64,000 nt of DNA. Origin: an uncultured Chloroflexia bacterium (GTDB lineage Bacteria > Chloroflexota > Anaerolineae > Anaerolineales > UBA4823). The first letter of the stretch is position 1. The number at the start of each line of letters is the position of its first letter. The stretch is from NCBI GenBank assembly GCA_963714425.1, contig CAVQOI010000014.1:50252-114251 (forward strand). The letters run 5' to 3'. The notes under the pieces are model-generated. The model made no database searches. It saw nothing but the letters and a program-made list of their open reading frames with translations, and was not told where the DNA came from. The position numbers and the translations under genes were made by a program. Shown here piece after piece: positions 7,947 through 17,817 of this stretch.

Positions 7947-9101
7947 CTACGGGATAAATGACTTAACCGCGTCGATAACACTTTGTTGTTCGATTGCACG
8001 CAAACCCGTGTAAAAGGGCAGGCGAACCAAGCGATCGCTGACCTGCTCGGTTACTGGACAGTCACCAGGACTCCCACCATAGCGCCGGCCCATTTCGGAG
8101 AGGTGTAAAGGCTGGTAATGGAACACGCTCAAGATGCGATGCTTCTTAAGGTGGTCAATCAGCGCCTGGCGACTCTCCAACGAAGGCATCAATAAGTAAT
8201 ACATATGGTAGGGTTGCTCGCAGTGGGGTGGGATATGTGGTGTCTGCACCTGGGCTTCAGCTGACCAATCCCTTAGGTGATCTTGGTATGTCTCCCAGAC
8301 ATGCCGGCGCTTCGCCTGGATTTCAGTGCTGGCTTCCAATTGGGCATACAGGCATGCAGCCAGGAGGTCAGATGGCAGGTAGCTGGATCCAATATCGACC
8401 CAGGTGTACTTATCCACTTGCCCGCGGAAAAACCGGCTGCGGTTTGTGCCCTTCTCGCGTATGATCTCGGCACGCTCGACGAAAGCCGGGTCGTTGATCA
8501 CCAGGGCACCGCCCTCCCCGCACGAGAAGTTCTTCGTCTCATGAAAGCTCTGGGTTGCCAAGGCGCCAAAGGCACCTAACAGCTCCCCGGAATACTTCCC
8601 TAACAGGCCATGCGCATTGTCCTCAATTACGGGGAGGGAGTATTTCTGGGCAATTTGCAATATTGATTCCATCTCGCAACCCACACCCGCATAATGCACA
8701 ACGACGATGGCGCGCGTCTTAGATGTAATACGTGTCTCCAATTGATTCTCATCAAGGTTGAGGGTATCCGAACGGATATCGATAAACACTGGGCGCGCCC
8801 CACGCAGGCAAAAAGCGTTAATGGTTGAGACAAACGTGAAGGAGGGTACAATCACCTCATCACCGGCTTTAAGATCCAGCAAAAGCGCTGCCATCTCCAG
8901 GGCATGCGTACAAGATGTAGTCAGCATTACCTTGGTAGCGCCCAATTCCCTTTCCAACCAGGAATGGCATTGCTTTGTATAGGGGCCATCACCGGAGATG
9001 TGACCGTTGGCGTACGCCTGTGCCATGTACCTGTTCTCATTACCGGTAATATAGGCACGATTAAACGGGATTGCGTAAGTTTCCGCAGGGATGGCTGTCA
9101 T
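7947..9101 (-). CDS. wecE: dTDP-4-amino-4,6-dideoxygalactose transaminase (WecE/RffA)
   Basis: SGDGPYT, TTSCTHALEMAA, SFHETKN (PLP Lys), REKGTNRSRFFRGQVDKYTWVDIGSSYLPS. Confidence 0.92.
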   Translation of the reverse strand: MTAIPAETYAIPFNRAYITGNENRYMAQAYANGHISGDGPYTKQCHSWLERELGATKVMLTTSCTHALEMAALLLDLKAGDEVIVPSFTFVSTINAFCLRGARPVFIDIRSDTLNLDENQLETRITSKTRAIVVVHYAGVGCEMESILQIAQKYSLPVIEDNAHGLLGKYSGELLGAFGALATQSFHETKNFSCGEGGALVINDPAFVERAEIIREKGTNRSRFFRGQVDKYTWVDIGSSYLPSDLLAACLYAQLEASTEIQAKRRHVWETYQDHLRDWSAEAQVQTPHIPPHCEQPYHMYYLLMPSLESRQALIDHLKKHRILSVFHYQPLHLSEMGRRYGGSPGDCPVTEQVSDRLVRLPFYTGLRAIEQQSVIDAVKSFIP

Positions 9102-9841
9102 CTCTCACATTCCACAAACCATTTATGATACCAGAGTTGCATTGATTTCGTCAGGAAGCCGTTGCGCTGGAATAACCTTTGTGCAGCGATATTCCTCCCC
9201 TGCGTTACTACATAAACTCGTGTGCATTCTTGGTCGTTAAACCATTGTAACGCTGCCCTAACCAGGGAATTTCCGATACCGCTGCCACGCGTATCCGGAT
9301 CGATACCCAAAAGACCCAATTCACCGCTCTTGTTTTCTTCTCGTAAGTGACAGGTCATGTAGCCCACCGGTCTTTCTGCTACCTGAGCAACCAACACACG
9401 ATCCGCGTATCCCTGGCAGCTATTTTCGATCCAGGTCTGGTAAAGACTGGCACACGCCTCGCGGGAAAAACATGTGTCAAAATAGAAGCGGGAAAGGGTA
9501 TAACTCGTCTTAGCAATTTCCCGAAAGACTGTCATATCCCCGGGTTGGACGAGGCGAATTGTCAAACCGGGAGCTGGATCGGGTGCTTCAGTCCAGTTGT
9601 GTAATTCCCGCTCTAATATCATGCGTACATCCACAAAGCGGAATTGGTACTGCTCTGCCAGGCGGGAGGTTTTGGCGTCAAAGGCGTCAGCTAAGAAATA
9701 CAGGCACTCAATGCTATGATTCTCACACCATGCGATCAATCTTTCGATGTAGTCTTCGTCCAGGAGCGTGTTGTTGGCGCGAGCAATCCTCTTTCCGAAG
9801 AAATTCGTATCCCAGGCTAACAACTGGCAGGGATCATTCAT
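9098..9841 (-). CDS. wecD: GNAT acetyltransferase, WecD/RffC-like (dTDP-fucosamine acetyltransferase)
   Basis: LAWDTNFFG, SRFYFD, LYQTWIENS, RGSGIG, VVTQGRNIAAQRLF; coupled to wecE. Confidence 0.75.
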   Translation of the reverse strand: MNDPCQLLAWDTNFFGKRIARANNTLLDEDYIERLIAWCENHSIECLYFLADAFDAKTSRLAEQYQFRFVDVRMILERELHNWTEAPDPAPGLTIRLVQPGDMTVFREIAKTSYTLSRFYFDTCFSREACASLYQTWIENSCQGYADRVLVAQVAERPVGYMTCHLREENKSGELGLLGIDPDTRGSGIGNSLVRAALQWFNDQECTRVYVVTQGRNIAAQRLFQRNGFLTKSMQLWYHKWFVECER

Positions 9842-9849
9842 GGTTAATC

Positions 9850-10800
9850 TCAGGATTCACTTACGCTGATCGGCTCGCTGGTTTGATCTGAAATTATATA
9901 GGGAGGCTGGTCCATCAGGCGGAAATGCATGCGCGCCAGGTATTCCCCTATTATCCCTAGTGCAAACAACTGCACCCCTGAAAAAATGGCAATAATTGAC
10001 GCGAGGAACGGGAACCCCGGAACACTTCCTCCCTGGATCAGGAATCTCCCGACTACATATACGAGCACAAGCAGACCAAATAATGCAAATGCAAAGCCAA
10101 GCAGGCTGGCAATCTGTAAAGGCAGAATGCTGAATCCCGTCATCATATTCAGCGCGTGGCGCACCAATTTTCGAAACGTGTAATTGGATTCACCTAACCG
10201 GCGCGGATCATGCCTGACTTTTACCGCAGTGATACGGGTCGTACCCCACGTCAGCAAGACGTCGAGGGAGACGTAAGAATTATTGTAGCTCTGAAATGCC
10301 TGGCGCAGCTGTGTCCTGAAAGCCCTGAACGCGCTCACATTGCGAGCAGTTTGGGCACCCGCTGCGCTGCGCAAAGCCATTTTGGTCACCTGCGAAGCAA
10401 GATCACGCCACAAGCCATGTTGCTCTTGTTCGGGTATCCCATAGACCACATCATAGCCTTTCGCGAGTTCGCCGAGCAACTTCTCAAGCTCTTCAGGTGG
10501 GTGCTGCTGGTCATCATCCATGGTGGTGGAAACTTCGTAGCGCGCGATACGGATGCCGCAGAGCAAAGCGTTGTGCTGGCCGTAATTGCGCATCAGATTC
10601 ACTCCCCGCGCCCACGGATAGGATTTGACTAATTGGCAGATAACTTCCCAACTATTGTCCTGGCTGCCGTCATTAATTAAGATAACTTCATACTCGGTTG
10701 CGAGTTTTGGTAGCTGTGCGGCAAGTCTCTCCAGGAGGGGCTCCAGGTTTTGCCCACTGTTATAGACGGGGATGATGACCGAAAGACTTTCAACGAGCAT
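9850..10800 (-). CDS. GT2 polyprenol-phosphate glycosyltransferase (GtrB/ArnC-like)
   Basis: SVIIPVYN, NDGSQD, RNYGQHNALLCG, MDDDQQHPP, two C-terminal TM helices ending GIIGEYLAR. Confidence 0.88.
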   Translation of the reverse strand: MLVESLSVIIPVYNSGQNLEPLLERLAAQLPKLATEYEVILINDGSQDNSWEVICQLVKSYPWARGVNLMRNYGQHNALLCGIRIARYEVSTTMDDDQQHPPEELEKLLGELAKGYDVVYGIPEQEQHGLWRDLASQVTKMALRSAAGAQTARNVSAFRAFRTQLRQAFQSYNNSYVSLDVLLTWGTTRITAVKVRHDPRRLGESNYTFRKLVRHALNMMTGFSILPLQIASLLGFAFALFGLLVLVYVVGRFLIQGGSVPGFPFLASIIAIFSGVQLFALGIIGEYLARMHFRLMDQPPYIISDQTSEPISVSES

Positions 10801-10817
10801 TGATCGCTAGATCCTTT

Positions 10818-12845
10818 TCATGGGTTGCATTCTAATTTTAGCTGCACATCGTCGATAGTTTTACGCCCTGAGCTGAGGTCGCCAGATTCCGAACTGATTC
10901 TATCCCAGGTGGTGCATAAAATGCGCTGCATCCGGAAGGTAAGTTGCATCGCTTCCATAGTTAACTCTTCTGCCCGCTTCCACATACCGGTCGAAGCATA
11001 GCCTTCAATGTAGGGAAGCAACTCGGTGGCATTGATCTCATACAAGCGTGTATTGAGTGCAAAGGCTGTATCGCCCAGCCGAGAGACCTCGTCCCAATCA
11101 CCTTGTTGGCGAGCCAGGTCAGCTTTCTCAAAATAATAACACCATCCCCGCTCTGGCTCTCTACCAAAATACTGACTGGGTGGCATATTCTGAATTCCAG
11201 GCTCGGGGAGGATCAATGTAAGGTTCGAGAGGGAGAGTACCTGTGTGAAATAAAGAGGTTTCTGGGGAGTTTTCGCATCGGTCTGTGGATCGACAAACTT
11301 TACACACCCTGGCGGGTTGTAGAATATTGCAATCGCCTGGGAGGTCGTGCCCTTATAATCCAAAGCCCGGTAATTCTCCACGATCTCCAACCCTGGGCGA
11401 ATCCCTTCCAGGCTACCGCCTAATCTCGATTCGATATTAAAAAACAAGTAGGGTAACTTTTTATCCGCCAGGTCAGGAGCATACGTCCAGTTCAATGGAG
11501 CGGTGAGTGAATTATCGCTATAGTATGTAAATGGAAGCTCGGCGGAAAGGATGATCGTCCCTGGCTGGATGTTCGGCGCTCGCCAGACGAGCTGCCAGAA
11601 GAATGATTTCTGAGTGTTCCACTCACGGCGGTAAGCATTCGCCAGCTGCATGTGAGTTCCTGCTGCCAGAGCGAGCAGGCATGTCAGGATCAAGGTGTTC
11701 AACCGGCGCGTTCTTGCCACGAATTCGAGCAGACCAGTCAGGAGCAGGCTGGCGCCCAGGTTCATCGCCAGGTTGAACCGGTCCCAAGGGAAGCGAAGCT
11801 CGATTGGGAGATTCGTCACCCAAAATGGAATGCCTCCAACCAAGAGCGCCAACCCTCCAATCAGGATAGCCTGTTGAGACCAGCGTTGGGTTGGAATTAG
11901 CAGGTGAGTTGGATCGGCAAATCGTGTAAGGTAAATCCCGCTGAGAAGAGCGATCGTGATCACAGTGGCTGTATAGATGGCTAACGGCCCCAATCCACCG
12001 GTGATCTGACGCGGGATATTAAGAACTTGACCCCAGGCGATGAAACTGGATTCGAAGGCGTCGAGCAGGGCTTCCTGGCCAAACTCGAGTGTCGCATCCA
12101 CCGGGGACTGGCTCATTTTATCGAAGATCTGAACATCTCCACGTGGTGATTCGTGGATGATTAACCTCCAGAACAGGAATACTGCCAGGATAATGAGGTA
12201 CGGCAGCCAGCGCCTGGCAACACGACCGGCCTGGATCCATGCGCGACGGGGGGTTTCCCGTTCGACCAGCCAGAGGAATACCGGGCGCAGCAATTCCAGA
12301 CCAAAGAAGTATTCGTTGGTGAATACGCTAAAGGCTGCCAGCAACCAGGACACGACGCTCCACAGCCAAAACCGTTGTGGATCTCGGAGAGAAAGCAGCA
12401 TGCTACCCAGGGATGCAAAGAAAGCAGCCAGGACGATCCAGCTGTGGCTGTACGTAAGTGCGATATATTGTTGTAAGAAACCTGGATAAGCTGCAAAAAG
12501 GAAGGCTGTCCAAGTAACCTGGCGGGTCGCATTTGGCCAGATTAGACGTAACGCCCACAACAATGCAAGACAGGCAAGCCAGCGCGTGAGCAAGCCAAAA
12601 ATCTGCCATGCCAGCGTAGATTTGCCCAATATGGCTGTTGTGACCATGAACAACCATCCCAATGAAGGGCGGTCGCCCGAGAATGCATCGATGAACCCGC
12701 CGGGTCCGAGCACATGCAAGGTATATACAGTCGGCCAATCATCCCAATAAAAACCCAACCAAGGGATAAGCAAGCCAAAACTGAGAATGCAGTATAAGAG
12801 CAGTGCGAAGGGAACTGTCCGCGGTCGGAACTGCCAAGTTCTCAT
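10818..12845 (-). CDS. Multi-TM membrane protein, probable GT-C-fold glycosyltransferase
   Basis: About 11-12 TM helices, GFYWDDW acidic motif after TM1, DRP motif, soluble C-domain with a TPR-like tail; directly upstream of the GtrB-like GT2. Confidence 0.6.
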   Translation of the reverse strand: MRTWQFRPRTVPFALLLYCILSFGLLIPWLGFYWDDWPTVYTLHVLGPGGFIDAFSGDRPSLGWLFMVTTAILGKSTLAWQIFGLLTRWLACLALLWALRLIWPNATRQVTWTAFLFAAYPGFLQQYIALTYSHSWIVLAAFFASLGSMLLSLRDPQRFWLWSVVSWLLAAFSVFTNEYFFGLELLRPVFLWLVERETPRRAWIQAGRVARRWLPYLIILAVFLFWRLIIHESPRGDVQIFDKMSQSPVDATLEFGQEALLDAFESSFIAWGQVLNIPRQITGGLGPLAIYTATVITIALLSGIYLTRFADPTHLLIPTQRWSQQAILIGGLALLVGGIPFWVTNLPIELRFPWDRFNLAMNLGASLLLTGLLEFVARTRRLNTLILTCLLALAAGTHMQLANAYRREWNTQKSFFWQLVWRAPNIQPGTIILSAELPFTYYSDNSLTAPLNWTYAPDLADKKLPYLFFNIESRLGGSLEGIRPGLEIVENYRALDYKGTTSQAIAIFYNPPGCVKFVDPQTDAKTPQKPLYFTQVLSLSNLTLILPEPGIQNMPPSQYFGREPERGWCYYFEKADLARQQGDWDEVSRLGDTAFALNTRLYEINATELLPYIEGYASTGMWKRAEELTMEAMQLTFRMQRILCTTWDRISSESGDLSSGRKTIDDVQLKLECNP

Positions 12846-12916
12846 ATCGGAGGGAGGAGCGTCTCTAAAGGAAATTTATGTGCTCCCATCAATGAAACCA
12901 CCCCAAAGGCAGCGAG

Positions 12917-15658
12917 CTAGCTGCTCAAATTTTCCGCCACCCAACCCGCTGTTCTGGCAAGGGATTCATCCAACTGGGTAGCATCTTTTCCACCAGCCTG
13001 GGCAAGCGTAGGGCGACCCCCGCCACCGCCTCCCAAGGGTCCAGCGATGAATTTTACCAACTCAGCAGCGCTCAACCCACGCTCTACAAGATCCTGAGAT
13101 ACTGAAGCCACTACAGCTGGGCGACCTTCAACGACGGCAGCTAAGACAGCTACCCCGCTTGGATAGCGATTTTTGAATTGATCAGCCATCTGCCGAAGTG
13201 TGTCGTTGTCTGCGTTGGGCAATGTGGCTGTGAGTACCGGGATATCGGCGATGTGTGGGACATTCTCCAATAGTTTTGTAAAAGCCATGATCGCCAGCTC
13301 GCTCCGTAGACCAGCAATCTGCTTGCGGGTGCCTTCCAGGTCGTCAATCAGTGCCTGTACTTTAGTTGGCACATCCTCGCTCGAGGTTACAAGCAGACCT
13401 GCGCTGTGTTTCAAGGCTCGAAAGCGGCGCTGGATCAGCTCATAAGCGCCACGACCAGTAACCGCCTCGATGCGCCGGATGCCCGCTGCCGCACTCCCTT
13501 CGCTTGTAATTAGAAATATCCCAATATCCCCTGTATCTTCAACATGCGTGCCACCACATAGCTCATTAGAGAAGATCTCTGGTTCTCCGATGGTGATATT
13601 GCGGACCGTCTGGCTGTACTTCTCACCGAAAAGAGCTGTTGCACCTTCAGCGATGGCTTGTTCCAACGGCTTGAAGTGGATATCCAGATGATAATTCCCC
13701 AAGATATTTCGGTTGACGCCTGCCTCAATGCGCTCCAATTGCTCGGGAGTGAGGGCATCGGGGTGTGTGAAATCGAAGCGCAGTCTGTCTGGCGCGACAA
13801 GCGAGCCTGCCTGGCGAGCGTGCTCGCCAAGAATGGAGCGCAGCTCGTGATGCAGCAAATGCGTGGCGGTATGATTGCGCATGATATCCACACGTCGTTG
13901 GCTATCGACCCGGGCAACTGCCTGATCGCCGACCTGCGGACGCCCACGCATCACTTCACCTGTATGGACAATCATACCGGCTGCAGGCCGTGACATACCG
14001 GTCACCCGCACCTCCCACTCGGGTTGTCCAGTAGAGACAATCACACCAGTGTCAGCGACCTGGCCACCAGCTTCGACGTAGAAACTTGTTTCAGGGAGCA
14101 CCAACTCGACGGGATCGCCTGTTGAAGCGCTGTCAACAGCTTGACCGTCTTGTACCAGAGCAAGAACGGGACCTTCAACCTCTAATCGCTGGTAGGGGTC
14201 GTACTCGACACCCTCGGGGCCGAGCTTACCTTGCGTTTGGAGGTCGGTGAGCAATTGCCGGTATACATCGACATCTTCTCCGCCTAAGGCGCCAAACGCT
14301 TCGCCTGCGCCAGATGCCAAGCGGTGCTGTTCCATAGCAGATCGAAAGCCGACCTCATCCACATCCAGGTCGTTCTCCCGGGCAATATCGCGGGTGATCT
14401 CTAATGGCAGCCCGTAGGTCGCGTACAGGTCAAAAGCCTGGTCTCCTGGCAATATCTGCTCGCCACCGCTGATAAGGTGTTTTAACAGGATCTCTAACTT
14501 GGCAACTCCCCCCTCAAGCGTACGCTGGAAGCGTATCTCCTCACGCGTAAGGTTGTCAAGGATGCTTTTCTTGTTCTTCAGGAGCTCTGGATAGAAGCTT
14601 CCGTAGTTCAGGATCACCCTGTCTGCAACCGTCGCAAGGAAGGGTTTATCCAACCCGATCTTGTTGCCAAAACGGGCGGCGCGGCGGACGATCATTCTGC
14701 AGACGTAGTTGCGCCCTACATTTCCCGGCACAACCCCATCGCCTATCAAGAATGCTGCAGCGCGTGAGTGGTCTGCAATGACCCGGTATGGGGTGAGGTT
14801 TTCAGCCCGCTCCTTGTCGCTATGACCAGTAAGCTGTTGAACAACATCCATCATTGGGCTCAGGAGGTCGGTCTTGTAATTTGAATCAACGTCTTGGATG
14901 ACAGAAACGATGCGCTCCAAGCCCATGCCAGTATCCACATGCATGGCAGGTAGCGGTTCGAGCACTGTCGGACCGTGCCGGTTATATTGGATGAAGACCA
15001 GATTCCATAGCTCCAAGAAACGAGTACAATCGCCATTTACCTGGCAGACGTGATCCGGGTCACCCTGCTTATTACAGTACTTAAGACCGCGATCGAGGTG
15101 GATCTCGCTGCATGGACCGCATGGACCGGTTTCCGCCATCTCCCAGAAATTATCCTTGCGTCCGAAAAATAGCACATGCGAGGCATCCATACCGGGCTGT
15201 TTACGCCATTCCTCAGCAGCTTCGTCATCCTCGGGAATATCCCCGATATCATCGCGAAAGCAGGTTGCCCAGAGTTGTGCGTGGGGAAGTCCCCATATTT
15301 CCGTGAGCAGCTCCCATGCCCAGGCGATAGCTTCTTTTTTGTAATAATCACCAAACGACCAGTTCCCCAGCATCTCGAAAAATGTGTGGTGCGTGTCGTC
15401 GCGACCGACATCGTCCAGGTCGTTGTGTTTCCCTGCCACGCGCATACTTTTTTGCGAGTTTACCGCCCGGGTATAAGGGCGCTTATCGGTGCCGAGAAAA
15501 ACATCCTTGAACTGGACCATGCCCGCGTTCGTAAAGAGCAATGTCTGGTCCCCACCGGGAACAAGCGAAGATGAAGGCACAAAAGTGTGCCCTGCACGGT
15601 TGACGAAGAACTCAATAAATTCCTGGCGAATTTGAGAGCCGCTTTGTTTGGCTGGCAT
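12917..15658 (-). CDS. alaS: Alanine--tRNA ligase
   Basis: LLFTNAGMVQFK, HHTFFEMLGNWSFGDY, DTGMGLER, NHTATHLL, ELCGGTHV, GGGGG...AQAGG. Confidence 0.98.
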   Translation of the reverse strand: MPAKQSGSQIRQEFIEFFVNRAGHTFVPSSSLVPGGDQTLLFTNAGMVQFKDVFLGTDKRPYTRAVNSQKSMRVAGKHNDLDDVGRDDTHHTFFEMLGNWSFGDYYKKEAIAWAWELLTEIWGLPHAQLWATCFRDDIGDIPEDDEAAEEWRKQPGMDASHVLFFGRKDNFWEMAETGPCGPCSEIHLDRGLKYCNKQGDPDHVCQVNGDCTRFLELWNLVFIQYNRHGPTVLEPLPAMHVDTGMGLERIVSVIQDVDSNYKTDLLSPMMDVVQQLTGHSDKERAENLTPYRVIADHSRAAAFLIGDGVVPGNVGRNYVCRMIVRRAARFGNKIGLDKPFLATVADRVILNYGSFYPELLKNKKSILDNLTREEIRFQRTLEGGVAKLEILLKHLISGGEQILPGDQAFDLYATYGLPLEITRDIARENDLDVDEVGFRSAMEQHRLASGAGEAFGALGGEDVDVYRQLLTDLQTQGKLGPEGVEYDPYQRLEVEGPVLALVQDGQAVDSASTGDPVELVLPETSFYVEAGGQVADTGVIVSTGQPEWEVRVTGMSRPAAGMIVHTGEVMRGRPQVGDQAVARVDSQRRVDIMRNHTATHLLHHELRSILGEHARQAGSLVAPDRLRFDFTHPDALTPEQLERIEAGVNRNILGNYHLDIHFKPLEQAIAEGATALFGEKYSQTVRNITIGEPEIFSNELCGGTHVEDTGDIGIFLITSEGSAAAGIRRIEAVTGRGAYELIQRRFRALKHSAGLLVTSSEDVPTKVQALIDDLEGTRKQIAGLRSELAIMAFTKLLENVPHIADIPVLTATLPNADNDTLRQMADQFKNRYPSGVAVLAAVVEGRPAVVASVSQDLVERGLSAAELVKFIAGPLGGGGGGRPTLAQAGGKDATQLDESLARTAGWVAENLSS

Positions 15659-15677
15659 AATACTCCAAAATCTTATG

Positions 15678-16112
15678 CTACAAATTTGATGTACAGTTCG
15701 GGCAGCGTCTGGCCTGGATGGGTATGACGGTTACACAGAATGGACATTCTTTCGTAGTTGGCTCAGCTGGCGCTTCGGCAGGTTGGTTCTGCAGGCGGTT
15801 AATCTGACGGATCAAGAAAAAGATCGCAAGAGCAACGATCAAGAAGTCTATTATGGTATTGAGAAAGATGCCGTAATTGATTGTTACTGCACCCGCAGCT
15901 TGGGCATCTTCCAGGCGTTGGGTTACGGGTCCTGAAAGCGTAATAAATAGATCAGTGAAATTCACACTTCCCAGCAACACTCCGATAGGGGGCATCAAGA
16001 TGTCATTGACGAATGATGTAACGATTTTACCAAACGCTGCCCCAATGATCAGGCCAACCGCAAGGTCGACCACATTTCCGCGCATGGCGAATTCTTTAAA
16101 TTCTTTTAACAA
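15678..16112 (-). CDS. mscL: Large-conductance mechanosensitive channel with C-terminal zinc ribbon
   Basis: [33 protein letters not shown] start at 16112 follows GGAGG; tail CPFC-x10-CPNC. Confidence 0.93.
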   Translation of the reverse strand: MLKEFKEFAMRGNVVDLAVGLIIGAAFGKIVTSFVNDILMPPIGVLLGSVNFTDLFITLSGPVTQRLEDAQAAGAVTINYGIFLNTIIDFLIVALAIFFLIRQINRLQNQPAEAPAEPTTKECPFCVTVIPIQARRCPNCTSNL

Positions 16113-16226
16113 ATGTCCCTCCATTTCCAAGAAAACAGGCGAAATTTGTGCCATTATACGTGAGGATAGTGAAATGGGCTAGACACGTGAGCTAGTATGT
16201 TCAACTGAGTGTGAATTTTGCCTACC

Positions 16227-16255
16227 TTGCACAATGGATTAATCTAAGGGATAAT
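16227..16255 (+). promoter_or_regulatory. Sigma70-type promoter
   Basis: TTGCAC-17 bp-GATAAT ending 11 nt before ATG 16267. Confidence 0.5.
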
Positions 16256-16266
16256 CAACTCCGAGC

Positions 16267-17817
16267 ATGAAATATCTATATTTTGCAGTGTTCGCCTCGG
16301 GCATGACCACCCTGGCAATCGAACTGAGCGCTTCCCACCTATTGGGCAGTGCCTTTGGAACCAGCAACCTCGTGTGGGCGAGCATTATCGGCTTAATCTT
16401 GATCTACCTGACCGCTGGCTATTTCATCGGTGGACGTTGGGCCGACAGGTCGCCTCACCTTCAGACCATGTTTACAGTGATGGCGTGGGGGGCATTCACA
16501 GCAGGGTTGGTACCTCTCTTAGCCCAACCTGTGCTGCGTATCGCTTCAGATGCCTTTGACCAGCTCCAGATGGGCGTATTGTTTGGCTCATTCACCGCGG
16601 TGCTTGTCCTCTTCATCCTGCCGGTAACCCTACTCGGCACCATCTCTCCTTTCGCCATACGCCTGGCGATCCAGGATACCCAAAGCGCTGGAGTCATCTC
16701 AGGGAAAATTTACGCAACCTCTACATTGGGATCATTTGTGGGCACCTTTTTGCCTTCATTGGTAATGATCCCTTTGCTAGGGACACGGCTAACTTTCCTG
16801 GTATTTAGCATATTTCTGGTGCTGACGGCCTTGATCGGTTTGTACAAGGCATCCGGTTGGCGGCGAACACTCACCCTTGGCTGGATGCCTCTCGTGCTTA
16901 TTGTGCTGGGTATTCTTTGGTATGACCAGCCAATTAAGACGACACAAGGCCAGATCTACGAGACTGAATCTGCCTATAATTACATCCAGGTTTTGGAGAA
17001 GGATGGCTACAGGCTGCTGCGCTTGAACGAGGGGCAGGGGGTCCATTCCATGTGGCATCCTACCCAATTAGCTTATGATGGTCCCTGGGAACAATTTTTG
17101 GTCGCTCCTTTCTTCAATGCTCCCGATTACAGTCTGGATCGCATTGAGCGCATGGCAATTCTGGGGTTGGCAGCCGGCACGACTGCACGCCAGGCAACAG
17201 AGGTCTTTGGTCCAATCGCCATAGATGGCTTTGAGATCGATCCTGAGATCATCACCGTGGGGCGTGAATATTTTGGGATGGATTTGCCCAACCTGAACGC
17301 CATCGCACAGGATGGACGCGTTGGTTTGGCACGCAGTCCACATCGCTATACGATTATTGGTGTAGACGCTTACCGTCCACCGTATATCCCCTGGCATCTG
17401 ACCACCCAAGAATTTTTTCTGGAAGTGCGTGAGCATCTGACTGATGACGGCGTGATGGTAATCAACATTGGTCGCGCGCCCACAAATCGGCAATTGATCG
17501 ACGATCTCGCCGGCACAATCGCAACCGTATTTCCCACAATTTATGTGATGGACCTCCCGTATTCCTTTAACAGCATCCTATATGCCACCACCCAACCCAC
17601 GAGCATCGATAACCTATACGCGAATTGGCTTTACTTAACTACGCGCACCCATACCCACCCTCTCTTGTTGCACGCCATCGAAACCACGATCGCTTTCCAG
17701 CAACCCACTCCCTCTAGCGATGTGGTCTATACCGATGATCATGCTCCGGTGGAATGGGTGACGAATAACATGATCCTCAATTTCATCATTCGAGGTGATT
17801 TAAACGAATTGCGATGA
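16267..17817 (+). CDS. Fused membrane domain / spermidine synthase-like methyltransferase
   Basis: About 7 TM helices, then ESAYNYIQV, ILGLAAG, FEIDP, DGR, VDAY, YTDDHAPVE. Confidence 0.85.
   Translation: MKYLYFAVFASGMTTLAIELSASHLLGSAFGTSNLVWASIIGLILIYLTAGYFIGGRWADRSPHLQTMFTVMAWGAFTAGLVPLLAQPVLRIASDAFDQLQMGVLFGSFTAVLVLFILPVTLLGTISPFAIRLAIQDTQSAGVISGKIYATSTLGSFVGTFLPSLVMIPLLGTRLTFLVFSIFLVLTALIGLYKASGWRRTLTLGWMPLVLIVLGILWYDQPIKTTQGQIYETESAYNYIQVLEKDGYRLLRLNEGQGVHSMWHPTQLAYDGPWEQFLVAPFFNAPDYSLDRIERMAILGLAAGTTARQATEVFGPIAIDGFEIDPEIITVGREYFGMDLPNLNAIAQDGRVGLARSPHRYTIIGVDAYRPPYIPWHLTTQEFFLEVREHLTDDGVMVINIGRAPTNRQLIDDLAGTIATVFPTIYVMDLPYSFNSILYATTQPTSIDNLYANWLYLTTRTHTHPLLLHAIETTIAFQQPTPSSDVVYTDDHAPVEWVTNNMILNFIIRGDLNELR

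Noticed and set aside
15441..15456. AlaS QKSMR instead of the usual QKCxR
   Set aside because: A single conservative change next to an A-run; all catalytic motifs are intact.
15659..16266. T-box upstream of alaS
   Set aside because: No TGGNACC motif; alaS follows mscL after 19 bp.
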